Assembly: GCA_041666505.1 (NCBI GenBank)
Contig: JBAYGU010000001.1
Location: 477-64,476 of the forward strand
Source of the DNA: Candidatus Buchananbacteria bacterium
GTDB taxonomy: Bacteria > Patescibacteriota > Patescibacteriia > 2-01-FULL-39-33
Reading direction: 5' to 3'
Length of the DNA stretch: 64,000 bases
The position numbers and the translations under genes were made by a program. The first letter of the stretch is position 1. The number at the start of each line of letters is the position of its first letter. Of this stretch, positions 37,509-46,101 are shown piece after piece. A model generated the notes under the pieces. The model saw only the letters and a program-made list of their open reading frames with translations. It was not told the DNA's origin and did no database searches.

Positions 37509-38884
37509 ATTAATTCTAATATTTGTTTTTTAATTTTTTCTAATGTTTCTTTGCTTACTGCTTCGATATTTAATCTGATTACCGGCTCGGTATGCGACGG
37601 CCTGATATTGAAGAACCATAATCTATCCACCGCCGTTACGGATAAACCGTCGATCAGACTGATCTTATCCCGAGGAAATAACTTCTTGATCTCTTGGGAG
37701 ATTTGATCGAATCGAGCGGTCTTAAAATTCAACTCGCCAGAAATTTGATAATTAGATGATATCGGCTTTATCGCCTCGGATAATTTTAATTTATTTTGTT
37801 TTAAATACTTCAAGACTAATAGGACAGAAATTATCGCATCGCCATAGACAAATTGCTTCTTGTTTTTCAAGTTAAAATTATACATGAAGTGGCCGGAATT
37901 CTCGCAGCCGAACAAGAGTTTTTTTTCTGTCATCGTCTTGATAAAATTCGCATAACCGGCGCGATGCACCAATATTTTGCCACCACTATCTCTGATCGCT
38001 TTTTCTATTGCCAGATTGAGGCGGGCATCAGCAACGATTGTCGCGCCTTTCTTCATGGCCAGTATTATCTGCGACATCAGGCAATTGATATGGTACGGCT
38101 CAACGAATCTGCCTTGCTCATCGATAAAAATAGCGCGATCGGCATCACCATCGAATATTACGCCCAAATCAGCTTTCTTCGCTTTGACTTGACTTATTAT
38201 AACCGCTCTATTTTCTTTCAATAACGGATTCGGTCCATGGCCGAATTTCTTATCGCTGGCGCGAAAATTTATCGCCGTAAATTTCAAAGGTAAGGCATCA
38301 AATATCACTTCCGCCAAACGTCCGCCCGATCCGCCAGAAGCATCTAGAATTATATTAAAGTCTTTGATATCACTGGGCTTAATAAAAGATAAAGCGAATT
38401 TCTTATAATCCAAGGCAATAGAAATAAAATCAACTTGCTCGCTTTTCGTTGTAAATTTAATTCCTGACGGAATTTTATTAATTTCCTGGTTAGCAAATTT
38501 TTCCAATATTTTTGATCCGGAATTAAGACCGAATACCCGCCCCTTGCTGTCGCAGAATTTAAAGCCTGTTTCTCCTGTCGGCGAATGCGATGCGGTTACC
38601 ATCACTCCACCCGGAAATTTCTTGGTTCCGACGGCAAAAAATAATTCCGGCGTAGCGCAGACTCCGAGATCGTATATCTTAATTCCGCCCTTTGAGAGTC
38701 CCGCCACCAGCGGCCAGAAAGCCTTCTCTGATTCTTTTCGAGCATCGCGGCCGATGGCTATTTTCTTCGCTTTAATGACTTTAGCAAACGCCAAGCCAAG
38801 AGCATAAGCGGCATTATCGCTGATCTCCTCGGGATATTTCCCTCGTATATCGTATTCTTTAAAAATTGTAGGTGTAATTATCAT
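37505..38884 (-). CDS. Alpha-D-phosphohexomutase (phosphoglucomutase/phosphomannomutase/GlmM family)
   Basis: Active-site loop GVMVTASHSPTGETG. Confidence 0.8.
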   Translation of the reverse strand: MIITPTIFKEYDIRGKYPEEISDNAAYALGLAFAKVIKAKKIAIGRDARKESEKAFWPLVAGLSKGGIKIYDLGVCATPELFFAVGTKKFPGGVMVTASHSPTGETGFKFCDSKGRVFGLNSGSKILEKFANQEINKIPSGIKFTTKSEQVDFISIALDYKKFALSFIKPSDIKDFNIILDASGGSGGRLAEVIFDALPLKFTAINFRASDKKFGHGPNPLLKENRAVIISQVKAKKADLGVIFDGDADRAIFIDEQGRFVEPYHINCLMSQIILAMKKGATIVADARLNLAIEKAIRDSGGKILVHRAGYANFIKTMTEKKLLFGCENSGHFMYNFNLKNKKQFVYGDAIISVLLVLKYLKQNKLKLSEAIKPISSNYQISGELNFKTARFDQISQEIKKLFPRDKISLIDGLSVTAVDRLWFFNIRPSHTEPVIRLNIEAVSKETLEKIKKQILELI

Positions 38885-38896
38885 AACCTTATGTTA

Positions 38897-39679
38897 TCAT
38901 TTTTTAACCGCGATGGCTAACAGATTATCGCCGGTCAAGATGGAAACCGATCCCCGGCTTTTGCTGGCATAACTCAAATAATCAATTGAGAACCCGGCTG
39001 ACGTCAGGAGATTTTTCATCTCTCTTTTCGTAAATGAATGTACGTATCTGACGTGCCACTCGCTTTGGCGCAAGTTGGCCTTCCAGGGCACGAAAGCGTC
39101 AGAAATATTGTAGACTCCGAGATTGAATTTTTCAACCAGATTGAACAGATATGGATAGTAGCGGAAATATTTGCGGCCATTAACATTCCACAAATTCCAA
39201 TTACTGATCACTAAGCGTCCGCCCGGCTTTAAGGCCTGATATAAATCTTTCAATATTTTTAATCTTAATGCGCGCGTAGGAATATGATGCAAGGCGGCAA
39301 TCATTAATTCGAGATCAAATTGATTCGAGGCCAAATGCAAATCAACCGCATCCGCAACTTCGAACTTGAAATCAGACTTATTCTTATACCGGTTTTGAGC
39401 GATTTCTATCAGCTCTTGGGAATTATCTAAGCCGAGATACTCGACTCCGGAATTATCAAAAAGTTGAGCCATGCGTCCGTTGCCGCAGCCAAGGTCTAAA
39501 ACATTGTCTCCCCTTTTTACATACTTGGCGAAATCTCCGAATCCCTCCCACCATTTGCCGCGGGTATCAGAAAAATCAGCTGCAATTTCATTATAAATCT
39601 TCGGCGTTTCCTCTAATATGCGATTGACATTTTGTCGTTTCATAAGTATAATAAGGTTTAAACTATGCCAGAAATCCAT
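38897..39679 (-). CDS. Class I SAM-dependent methyltransferase
   Basis: VLDLGCGNGRMAQ motif I. Confidence 0.7.
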   Translation of the reverse strand: MDFWHSLNLIILMKRQNVNRILEETPKIYNEIAADFSDTRGKWWEGFGDFAKYVKRGDNVLDLGCGNGRMAQLFDNSGVEYLGLDNSQELIEIAQNRYKNKSDFKFEVADAVDLHLASNQFDLELMIAALHHIPTRALRLKILKDLYQALKPGGRLVISNWNLWNVNGRKYFRYYPYLFNLVEKFNLGVYNISDAFVPWKANLRQSEWHVRYVHSFTKREMKNLLTSAGFSIDYLSYASKSRGSVSILTGDNLLAIAVKK

Positions 39680-41338
39680 TCACAAATCATTCTAGACATC
39701 ATCAAAGGCAAGCCGCAAAGCGATGCTGATCTTTTTAATATTGTCAGAAAATCCACCGCTGGCCTCAAAATGGCTCCGCCGCCCAAGGCCGTACTGTTAA
39801 AAGCTTACCATAAACTGGCAAAAAGTGGAAAAATAAAATCGAACACAAATATTGCTCAATTACTAACTAAGCGAGCCGTGCGTACTCTTTCCGGCGTAGC
39901 AGTTATTTCTGTCTTAACCAAACCGACAACTTGCCCCGGAAACTGCCTTTTCTGCCCGACCGAGAAAAATATGCCTAAATCATACCTTTCCAACGAACCG
40001 GCGGTCATGCGGGCTATTTTAAACGATTTTGACCCCTTCAGACAGGTCGAAATGCGCCTTAAAGCGCTTAAAGCCAATGGCCACTCGGTAGACAAGATCG
40101 AGCTGATCGTCATGGGCGGCACCTGGAGCTACCATACACCAAAATACCAATCCTGGTTCATCAAACGTTGCTTCGAAGCAGTCAACGGCAAAGAAGCCAA
40201 AACTTTGGCGGAAGCACAGAAAAAAAATGAATCAAGTAAGCACCGCGTCATCGGCCTAACTCTAGAAACCCGACCAGATTATATCGACGAAGAAGAAGTG
40301 AAGCGACTAAGAAATCTTGGCTGCACCCGGGTAGAATTAGGCATCCAGCATATTGACGACAAGATATTGAGATTGAATCGCCGCGGCCACAACACCAAAC
40401 AAAGTATCAATGCTATCAAGTTACTCAAGAATGCCGGTTTTAAAATCAATCTTCATCTGATGCCGAATTTATACGGCTCGACGCCAGCCAAAGATTTAGC
40501 AATGTTTAAAAAAATCTATACTGACGGCAATTACATGCCGGATATGGTCAAAATCTACCCCTGTGTCGTCAATGAGCATGCCGATTTATACAAATTATAT
40601 AAGCAGAAAAAATATAAGCCCTACACGCAAAAGCAATTGACTGATTTGATAGTCAAAATAAAAAAAATCACTCCGCCCTGGGTGCGCATCGCCCGATTGA
40701 TCCGCGATATTCCCGAGGAATCGATTGTCGCCGGCAACAAGACGACTAATCTGCGGCAGCTAATAGCGCTCACCGCATCTAAGGATGGCTGGAGCTGCAA
40801 GTGCATCAGATGCAGAGAAGTCGGAAGATCACATAACATGGAACATGGAACATTAAATGCAAAATTAGTCAGTAGAAAATATCAAGCAAATGGCGGTACG
40901 GAATATTTTTTAAGTTATGAATCGCCCGACAAAAAAATTCTTTATGCCTTCTTGAGGCTTCGGATCAAACCCCCTCTAACTCCCCCTTTCGTAAAGGGGG
41001 AGAAAAACTTCCTAACATCAATTCAGCAAGGGAACGATTCCTCCCCTTTACGAAAGGGGAGGCTAGGAGGGGTTTATCTGCCTGAACTAAATGGAGCAGC
41101 CTTGATCCGTGAGCTGCATACTTATGGTCAGGCGACGGAAATCGGCTCTAAGGGCAAAGTCCAGCACCTCGGACTGGGACAAAGACTACTTTCGGAAGCA
41201 GAAAAAATCACCCAGCAAAATAACTTGAATAAAATTGCTGTCATTTCCGGCATCGGCGTCCGCAGTTATTACAAGAAATTCGGCTATAAACTCGAAGGGA
41301 CTTATATGGTGAAAAATTTAACAAAAAAGACAAAATAA
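39665..41338 (+). CDS. elp3: Elp3-like radical-SAM / GNAT acetyltransferase (tRNA wobble-uridine modification family)
   Basis: CPGNCLFCP radical-SAM cysteine triad and a C-terminal GNAT (QHLGLGQRLL). Carries a ~37-aa repeat-encoded insert. Confidence 0.8.
   Translation: MPEIHSQIILDIIKGKPQSDADLFNIVRKSTAGLKMAPPPKAVLLKAYHKLAKSGKIKSNTNIAQLLTKRAVRTLSGVAVISVLTKPTTCPGNCLFCPTEKNMPKSYLSNEPAVMRAILNDFDPFRQVEMRLKALKANGHSVDKIELIVMGGTWSYHTPKYQSWFIKRCFEAVNGKEAKTLAEAQKKNESSKHRVIGLTLETRPDYIDEEEVKRLRNLGCTRVELGIQHIDDKILRLNRRGHNTKQSINAIKLLKNAGFKINLHLMPNLYGSTPAKDLAMFKKIYTDGNYMPDMVKIYPCVVNEHADLYKLYKQKKYKPYTQKQLTDLIVKIKKITPPWVRIARLIRDIPEESIVAGNKTTNLRQLIALTASKDGWSCKCIRCREVGRSHNMEHGTLNAKLVSRKYQANGGTEYFLSYESPDKKILYAFLRLRIKPPLTPPFVKGEKNFLTSIQQGNDSSPLRKGRLGGVYLPELNGAALIRELHTYGQATEIGSKGKVQHLGLGQRLLSEAEKITQQNNLNKIAVISGIGVRSYYKKFGYKLEGTYMVKNLTKKTK
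40967..41075. mobile_element. Full-length ~109-bp palindromic mini-element (RPE-like) inserted in-frame in the elp3 GNAT domain
   Basis: Terminal inverted repeats AAACCCCCTCTAAC / GCTAGGAGGGGTTT and two internal stems CTCCCCCTTTCGTAAAGGGGGAG / CCTCCCCTTTACGAAAGGGGAGG. The ORF stays open across it. Confidence 0.7.
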
Positions 41339-41384
41339 GCTATACTGTTGCTAGTTAATTAGAACTTAACTGAAAGGAGAATTT

Positions 41385-41849
41385 ATGGGCATCAATACAA
41401 CAATTACCAATGAGATTGGAGTTTTTCAGACAATGATCGCCTCCGGACCAGTGATAATTCAAAATCGAGATGGCATAGAAAAAACCCTGCTAGTCAAGCA
41501 CGGCGACAAGCCGCTAGCCGAATTGAAGTGGAAATTTTGCGGCGGAAAAATATTCGCGGAAATGGACCTTGAAGCAAACGCCATTCGTGAAGCAAAAGAA
41601 GAAATCGGAGTAACGGTCAAATTAATCAAGCCATTGAAGCCCATGATAATCTGGAATGAGATTCCGGAAACCGGTTCTGAGAAACCACAAGCGATCGTCT
41701 TAATCCATTACTTAGCGGAAATTTCAGAGGAACCGATTATGGGAAAAGAAGTTTTGGCAATGGAATGGCACGATATCAATAATTTGCCCAATGACTGCGC
41801 GCCAAATGTTAAGCCAGTAATTGAAGAATATCTCCAAGAATACAAATAA
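41385..41849 (+). CDS. Nudix hydrolase (third in window)
   Basis: GGKIFAEMDLEANAIREAKEEIGV Nudix-box variant. Confidence 0.6.
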   Translation: MGINTTITNEIGVFQTMIASGPVIIQNRDGIEKTLLVKHGDKPLAELKWKFCGGKIFAEMDLEANAIREAKEEIGVTVKLIKPLKPMIIWNEIPETGSEKPQAIVLIHYLAEISEEPIMGKEVLAMEWHDINNLPNDCAPNVKPVIEEYLQEYK

Positions 41850-41867
41850 TATAAACAGCACAAAAAA

Positions 41868-41899
41868 ATCCCGTTCGCCGTGGCGAATCGGGATTTTTT
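41868..41899. terminator. Bidirectional terminator between the Nudix gene and hup
   Basis: ATCCCGTTCGCC-gtgg-CGAATCGGGAT with A7/T6 flanks. Confidence 0.55.
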
Positions 41900-41907
41900 A
41901 ATGCAGA

Positions 41908-42261
41908 TTATTCTTGTGCAGGCTCTTGGGGAGCGGATTCCGCTTCTACGACCGGTTCTTCCATAACCGGAGCGACTTTGCCCTTGCCTTTCAAAGCATC
42001 CTTCAGGTTCTTGCCGGCTTTGAATTTGGCAACGACTACCGTAGGAATCTTGATTTTTTCCTGCGGATTCCTCGGATTGATGCCTTCGCGGCCTTTACGC
42101 GCTCGAGCGGAAAAAGTGCCGAAGCCGGTCAATACGACTTCGTTGCCGGCTTTCATTTCAGCTGTCGTGATGTCAGTCAAAGCGCTTAATGCGGCTTCGG
42201 CTTGCGCCTTAGTAATGCCGACTTTGTCGGCGATTTTTTGCGCGAGTTCTGTTTTGTTCAT
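41908..42261 (-). CDS. hup: HU-family DNA-binding protein with extended basic/acidic C-terminal tail
   Basis: MNKTELAQKIA...GFGTFSARARKGREGINPRNPQEKIKIP. Confidence 0.85.
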   Translation of the reverse strand: MNKTELAQKIADKVGITKAQAEAALSALTDITTAEMKAGNEVVLTGFGTFSARARKGREGINPRNPQEKIKIPTVVVAKFKAGKNLKDALKGKGKVAPVMEEPVVEAESAPQEPAQE

Positions 42262-42274
42262 ATTGATATGAATT

Positions 42275-42312
42275 AATTAACATTGATAATTTCTAATTAA
42301 CATTGATAATTT
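42275..42312. repeat. Perfect 19-bp tandem duplication (TAATTAACATTGATAATTTC x2) upstream of hup
   Basis: Spans the ymdB stop codon and the hup 5' region. Confidence 0.5.
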
Positions 42313-43108
42313 CATTGATTCTTTCGATTTTCACCGTCTTGCGGCTCTTCTCATCGATTTCCAGATATACCGCATTGAATGTCGCGACGCCCTGGGATGG
42401 CAGATCGTGTTTCTTCGATGATTGCCCTGTCTTCATGAAAAGATGGTAAATCTGCTGCTTATCAGCTCCGATTATCGAGTCGTAATATCCTACCATGCCG
42501 GCATCGGTTATGAATCCCGTGCCCTCAGGCAAGATCTTCTCATCAGCTGTCTGGATATGCGTGTGAGTGCCGAGAACAGCCGCAACTCTCCCGTCGAAAT
42601 AATTGGCCAACGCCGCTTTTTCTGAAGTTGCTTCCGCATGAAAATCAACCAGATAAATTCCCTGCCTATCGGAGGATATTATCTTTTCTAAGGTCTTGAA
42701 AGGATCGTGCAAGATTTCTTTCTTCTCCCTTTCCCAGCCATAGAATACCTTACCCATTAAGTTTACCACATTTAGCTTAATTTCGCCAATACTGTACTCA
42801 ATATGGCCCATACCGGCGAGCTTGGCTGCAAAATTAGCCGGCCGGATCAATTTATTTTCAGGATTTTCCAGCATCTCATCGCTGCCGCCCTTCTCCCAAA
42901 TATGATTGCCGGAAGTAAACATATCGACTCCAGCGTCTTTCATCTCATCTAATGTCTTCTGCGTCGCGCCGATGCCATGAGCCAGATTTTCCGCATTAGC
43001 GATGATCACATCGGGCTTATATTTACTTTTTAACGTCGGCAAATAATCCCGCACCGCATTGCGGCCGATTTTTCCCACTATGTCTGCTATAAAAATAATT
43101 TTTATCAT
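42293..43108 (-). CDS. ymdB: YmdB-like metallophosphoesterase
   Basis: MIKIIFIADIVGKIGR...GNHIWEKG, typical of the TIGR00282/YmdB family. Confidence 0.75.
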   Translation of the reverse strand: MIKIIFIADIVGKIGRNAVRDYLPTLKSKYKPDVIIANAENLAHGIGATQKTLDEMKDAGVDMFTSGNHIWEKGGSDEMLENPENKLIRPANFAAKLAGMGHIEYSIGEIKLNVVNLMGKVFYGWEREKKEILHDPFKTLEKIISSDRQGIYLVDFHAEATSEKAALANYFDGRVAAVLGTHTHIQTADEKILPEGTGFITDAGMVGYYDSIIGADKQQIYHLFMKTGQSSKKHDLPSQGVATFNAVYLEIDEKSRKTVKIERINEIINVN

Positions 43109-43114
43109 GATTGA

Positions 43115-43147
43115 ATTAATTCGTAATTTGAAATTCGTAATTCGTAA
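43115..43147. promoter_or_regulatory. Three ATTCGTAAT repeats in the 43-nt htpX-ymdB spacer
   Basis: TTCGTAA at 43120, 43134 and 43141. Shares the heptamer with the thrS leader repeats. Confidence 0.35.
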
Positions 43148-43151
43148 TTGA

Positions 43152-44036
43152 CTATGCCATCGCTCTCAATTTCTTTATCCTGTCTTCAACTGGAGGGTGA
43201 GTGGAGAAAGCCCGTGCTAGAAATTTTCCCGAGCCCTTGAAGGGATTGGAAATATACATATGCGCCGTGGCAGTCGAAGCGCTGGAAAGCACAGCCGGAT
43301 CGGCAGAAATTTTTTCCAAAGCGCGGGCCAAGCCTTCCGGATAGCGAGTCAGAAGCGCTCCGGAAGCATCCGCCAAATATTCCCTGCGGCGGGAAACTGC
43401 AAGCTGAATAAGCTGGGCGATTATCGGCGATAAAATTATTAAAATTATGCCGACAATCATTAGCCAATTTGCCCCGCTATTATTATCATCTTTCCTGCCC
43501 ACGCCGAATAATGATCCGCGAAAAAAGAAATCAGCCATGATTGAAATCATGCCGACCAAGACGATCACGATCGTCATCAGCCTGATGTCATAATTCTTGA
43601 CATGCGAAAGTTCATGCGCAATAACGCCTTCCAGTTCCTCATTCTCCAAGCGATTGATGGCGCCGGCCGTAACGGCAATCGAGGCATGCCTGGGGTCGCG
43701 ACCGGTAGCAAAAGCATTTATCGCTTCCTCTGGAATGACGTAAACTTTGGGTGATGGCAAACCGGCAGTAATGCAAAGATTCTCCACCATATTGCAGATA
43801 TAAGGATTGTCGGTTTTTTCTACCAATTGCGCCTTGGCGCTCCACAAAGCCACTTTATCCCCGCCATAATAGGAAAACAGCGTCATAACCAATGAGACGA
43901 TGGCCGCCAGAACCAGGGCGCTCGGACCGTAATTGAAATAATAGCCGATAAACCAGCCCAGTCCCAGGACGATGGCGATGAAAATTATGATTAGCGCCCA
44001 AGTCCGGCGCTTATTAGAATCGATTTGATTATACAT
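43152..44036 (-). CDS. htpX: Zinc metalloprotease HtpX (M48)
   Basis: HELSHVKNYD HExxH motif and four TM segments. Confidence 0.85.
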   Translation of the reverse strand: MYNQIDSNKRRTWALIIIFIAIVLGLGWFIGYYFNYGPSALVLAAIVSLVMTLFSYYGGDKVALWSAKAQLVEKTDNPYICNMVENLCITAGLPSPKVYVIPEEAINAFATGRDPRHASIAVTAGAINRLENEELEGVIAHELSHVKNYDIRLMTIVIVLVGMISIMADFFFRGSLFGVGRKDDNNSGANWLMIVGIILIILSPIIAQLIQLAVSRRREYLADASGALLTRYPEGLARALEKISADPAVLSSASTATAHMYISNPFKGSGKFLARAFSTHPPVEDRIKKLRAMA

Positions 44037-44064
44037 ACCTCTAATAAATTAAGAATTATAGATA

Positions 44065-44370
44065 TCAACTCCTTGCCAATATGGCAAAAGGTAATAAATA
44101 ATTTTGTATCGCTTTCAAACTGACTGAAAAATAATTACTATCAACGTAACAATCAGCAATAGCCTCACGCAAAATTCCCAATTCTCTGCTCCGTCCAAAA
44201 TTACGACTATCAGTTAAAGTCAAATCAATAAGCTCCAAAGCGCGTTCTAAGCAATTATTTCGATTTTCCAACTTATTCGTTTTCTCCCAATTGGCTGCGC
44301 GTGAAATTTCAGCTAATAAATTGCCTAATTGTTGCGGCAACGTCATTTGATGCCATTTTTCTTCTATCAT
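44065..44370 (-). CDS. Hypothetical protein (101 aa)
   Basis: ATGA-coupled to the upstream 114-aa ORF. Confidence 0.35.
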   Translation of the reverse strand: MIEEKWHQMTLPQQLGNLLAEISRAANWEKTNKLENRNNCLERALELIDLTLTDSRNFGRSRELGILREAIADCYVDSNYFSVSLKAIQNYLLPFAILARS

Positions 44371-44711
44371 AAAACTATTTTTTCAAATATTTCAAAAATC
44401 TTCTTCCTAATTTCCGGCAATTGAATTTCCGTCGAGCGATTATTATCTTTGGGTCTGATATTAATCAGAGAATCATAAATTAATATGCTGTCCGCTGGGT
44501 TATCAGGATAAATATTAAAACCCCACAAATCTACCTGCCGGCTTCCCTTAGCCAATAATAGCTGCTCTCCATCAGCATGAAATTCCCCGCCGATAGCCAA
44601 AATACCTAGATTAATATCGGCAACAGCCTTGACCATTTCGCCATAGCTTTCTTCTGCCAGTTTCCTTACTTCCGCCCAAGTTATTTGATTTTCGACTATT
44701 ATTATATTCAT
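44367..44711 (-). CDS. Hypothetical protein (114 aa)
   Basis: First gene of a three-gene minus-strand unit with htpX. Confidence 0.35.
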   Translation of the reverse strand: MNIIIVENQITWAEVRKLAEESYGEMVKAVADINLGILAIGGEFHADGEQLLLAKGSRQVDLWGFNIYPDNPADSILIYDSLINIRPKDNNRSTEIQLPEIRKKIFEIFEKIVL

Positions 44712-44779
44712 AAATTATATAGTATTTGCCTGCCATTTACTTAACAATATCTTAGCAAAAATAGGCCAAAAAATCAAAA

Positions 44780-44800
44780 GCCCGTCCTTTTCAGACGGGC
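44780..44800 (-). terminator. Terminator downstream of the HEPN-like gene
   Basis: GCCCGTC-cttttca-GACGGGC; T-run on the minus strand. Confidence 0.5.
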
Positions 44801-44808
44801 GGATAATA

Positions 44809-45168
44809 TCATACTTCAAATGAAATGGCGACTTGTCTCGCGAATCGGTAAAAACGATCCGCCTCTAATTTAAGTTTTGAAATCACCTGCCGATATCCAT
44901 CTTCATTTGGATGTCTTAATTGATCTGCAAAATCTGCGTTATATTGGCTGTCACAGCCAACCAACTCACGGAATAATTGGGGCAAGCCGAATTCTTCATG
45001 GCCAATCAAATCCAAATATTTTTCAATAACCAAATTTCTGGAATCATTCTCCATATCACAGCCACGCAAAGTCAGTACTTTTCTGGCTATATGAATCGGC
45101 GATTCCAGCATTTTCTGAAAATATTTATGTTGAGCTGGCGCAGACATCGTATCTTGACTCTTGATCAT
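44809..45168 (-). CDS. HEPN-like putative toxin partner of the adjacent nucleotidyltransferase
   Basis: Size and position fit a HepT/MntA-type pair. A weak R-x(n)-H motif is present. The true start may be an internal Met (MSAPAQ...). Confidence 0.4.
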   Translation of the reverse strand: MIKSQDTMSAPAQHKYFQKMLESPIHIARKVLTLRGCDMENDSRNLVIEKYLDLIGHEEFGLPQLFRELVGCDSQYNADFADQLRHPNEDGYRQVISKLKLEADRFYRFARQVAISFEV

Positions 45169-45358
45169 AAACTACTAAAAAATCAAGATCACTACGCCGA
45201 TTATGACAGCCCCAAAGGACCGAACCAAACAATAATCCGCCATGAATGTCTTTATTGCCGATGATTTCCGCCTTCATAATATCGGCTAAATCATCAAATG
45301 ATGATAATTCCGGTACCCTTTTGCCAGCAATATCTTCCCAACTGAAGACTTTTCCCAT
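45125..45358 (-). CDS. Minimal nucleotidyltransferase (MntA-like)
   Basis: GS-x9-SDLD motif (LFGSVLWGCHNRRSDLDFLVVY). Start is taken at ATG 45358 after a strong SD AAAGGAGAGG. Confidence 0.6.
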   Translation of the reverse strand: MGKVFSWEDIAGKRVPELSSFDDLADIMKAEIIGNKDIHGGLLFGSVLWGCHNRRSDLDFLVVYDQESRYDVCASST

Positions 45359-45452
45359 TTTTCCTCTCCTTTCGTTTAACTTATTTGACTTAAATGTTAA
45401 TGGACGATTCAAATCAGTATAGCAAATAAAAACAAAATTGTCAAAAATCAAA

Positions 45453-45473
45453 AGCCCCGGACAAACCGAGGCT
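45453..45473 (-). terminator. lemA terminator
   Basis: AGCCCCGG...CCGAGGCT stem with a T-run on the minus strand. Confidence 0.4.
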
Positions 45474-45490
45474 TTTGTGGAGTATTTTTT

Positions 45491-46048
45491 TTAAAACTTA
45501 ACCTGCACGACTTCTTTTTCTCCAGCGGAGGCTTCGAAGAAATCATATTTCTTAAATTTCAGCATGCCGTTGATGATATTGGTCGGGAAGACCTGGATCA
45601 TGGTGTTGAAATCACGGACGTTGCCATTATAGAAGCGGCGAGCGGCCTGGATCTTGTTTTCCGTGTCTGAGAGCTCATCCTGCAATTTCAGGAAATTGGT
45701 ATTGGCCTTCAAATCCGGATAGCTTTCCGCCAAGGCGAAAATCGATTTCAATGTCTGGGACAGCGCGTTCTCGGCTTGGGCCTTGTTGGCGGCCGAGCCG
45801 TCAACAGACATGGCGCTGTTTCTCGCCTCGATCACTTTCTGCAAAGTGCCCTGTTCGTGCGCGGCATAACCCTTGACCGTTTCCACCAGATTGGGAATTA
45901 GGTCATAGCGGCGCTTGAGCTGGACATCGATGTCTGACCATGCCTCATCGGTGCGATTCTTGGCTCTGATCAAGCCGTTGTAGACTAAGACTAACCACAC
46001 TGCAATAATCGCGATTATGGCGATTACTATCCACCAGATGTTTGACAT
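45491..46048 (-). CDS. lemA: LemA-family membrane protein
   Basis: N-terminal TM helix followed by RAKNRTDEAWSDIDVQLKRRYDLIPNLVETVKGY. Confidence 0.8.
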   Translation of the reverse strand: MSNIWWIVIAIIAIIAVWLVLVYNGLIRAKNRTDEAWSDIDVQLKRRYDLIPNLVETVKGYAAHEQGTLQKVIEARNSAMSVDGSAANKAQAENALSQTLKSIFALAESYPDLKANTNFLKLQDELSDTENKIQAARRFYNGNVRDFNTMIQVFPTNIINGMLKFKKYDFFEASAGEKEVVQVKF

Positions 46049-46101
46049 AGGATTTTTTAATATTTAATATTCAATATTGAATATTGATAATACTCAAAAT
46101 T

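Noticed and set aside
42275-42312. CRISPR array
   Set aside because: Only two copies of a 19-bp unit with no spacers. No other regularly spaced repeats appear anywhere in the window, and no cas genes are present.
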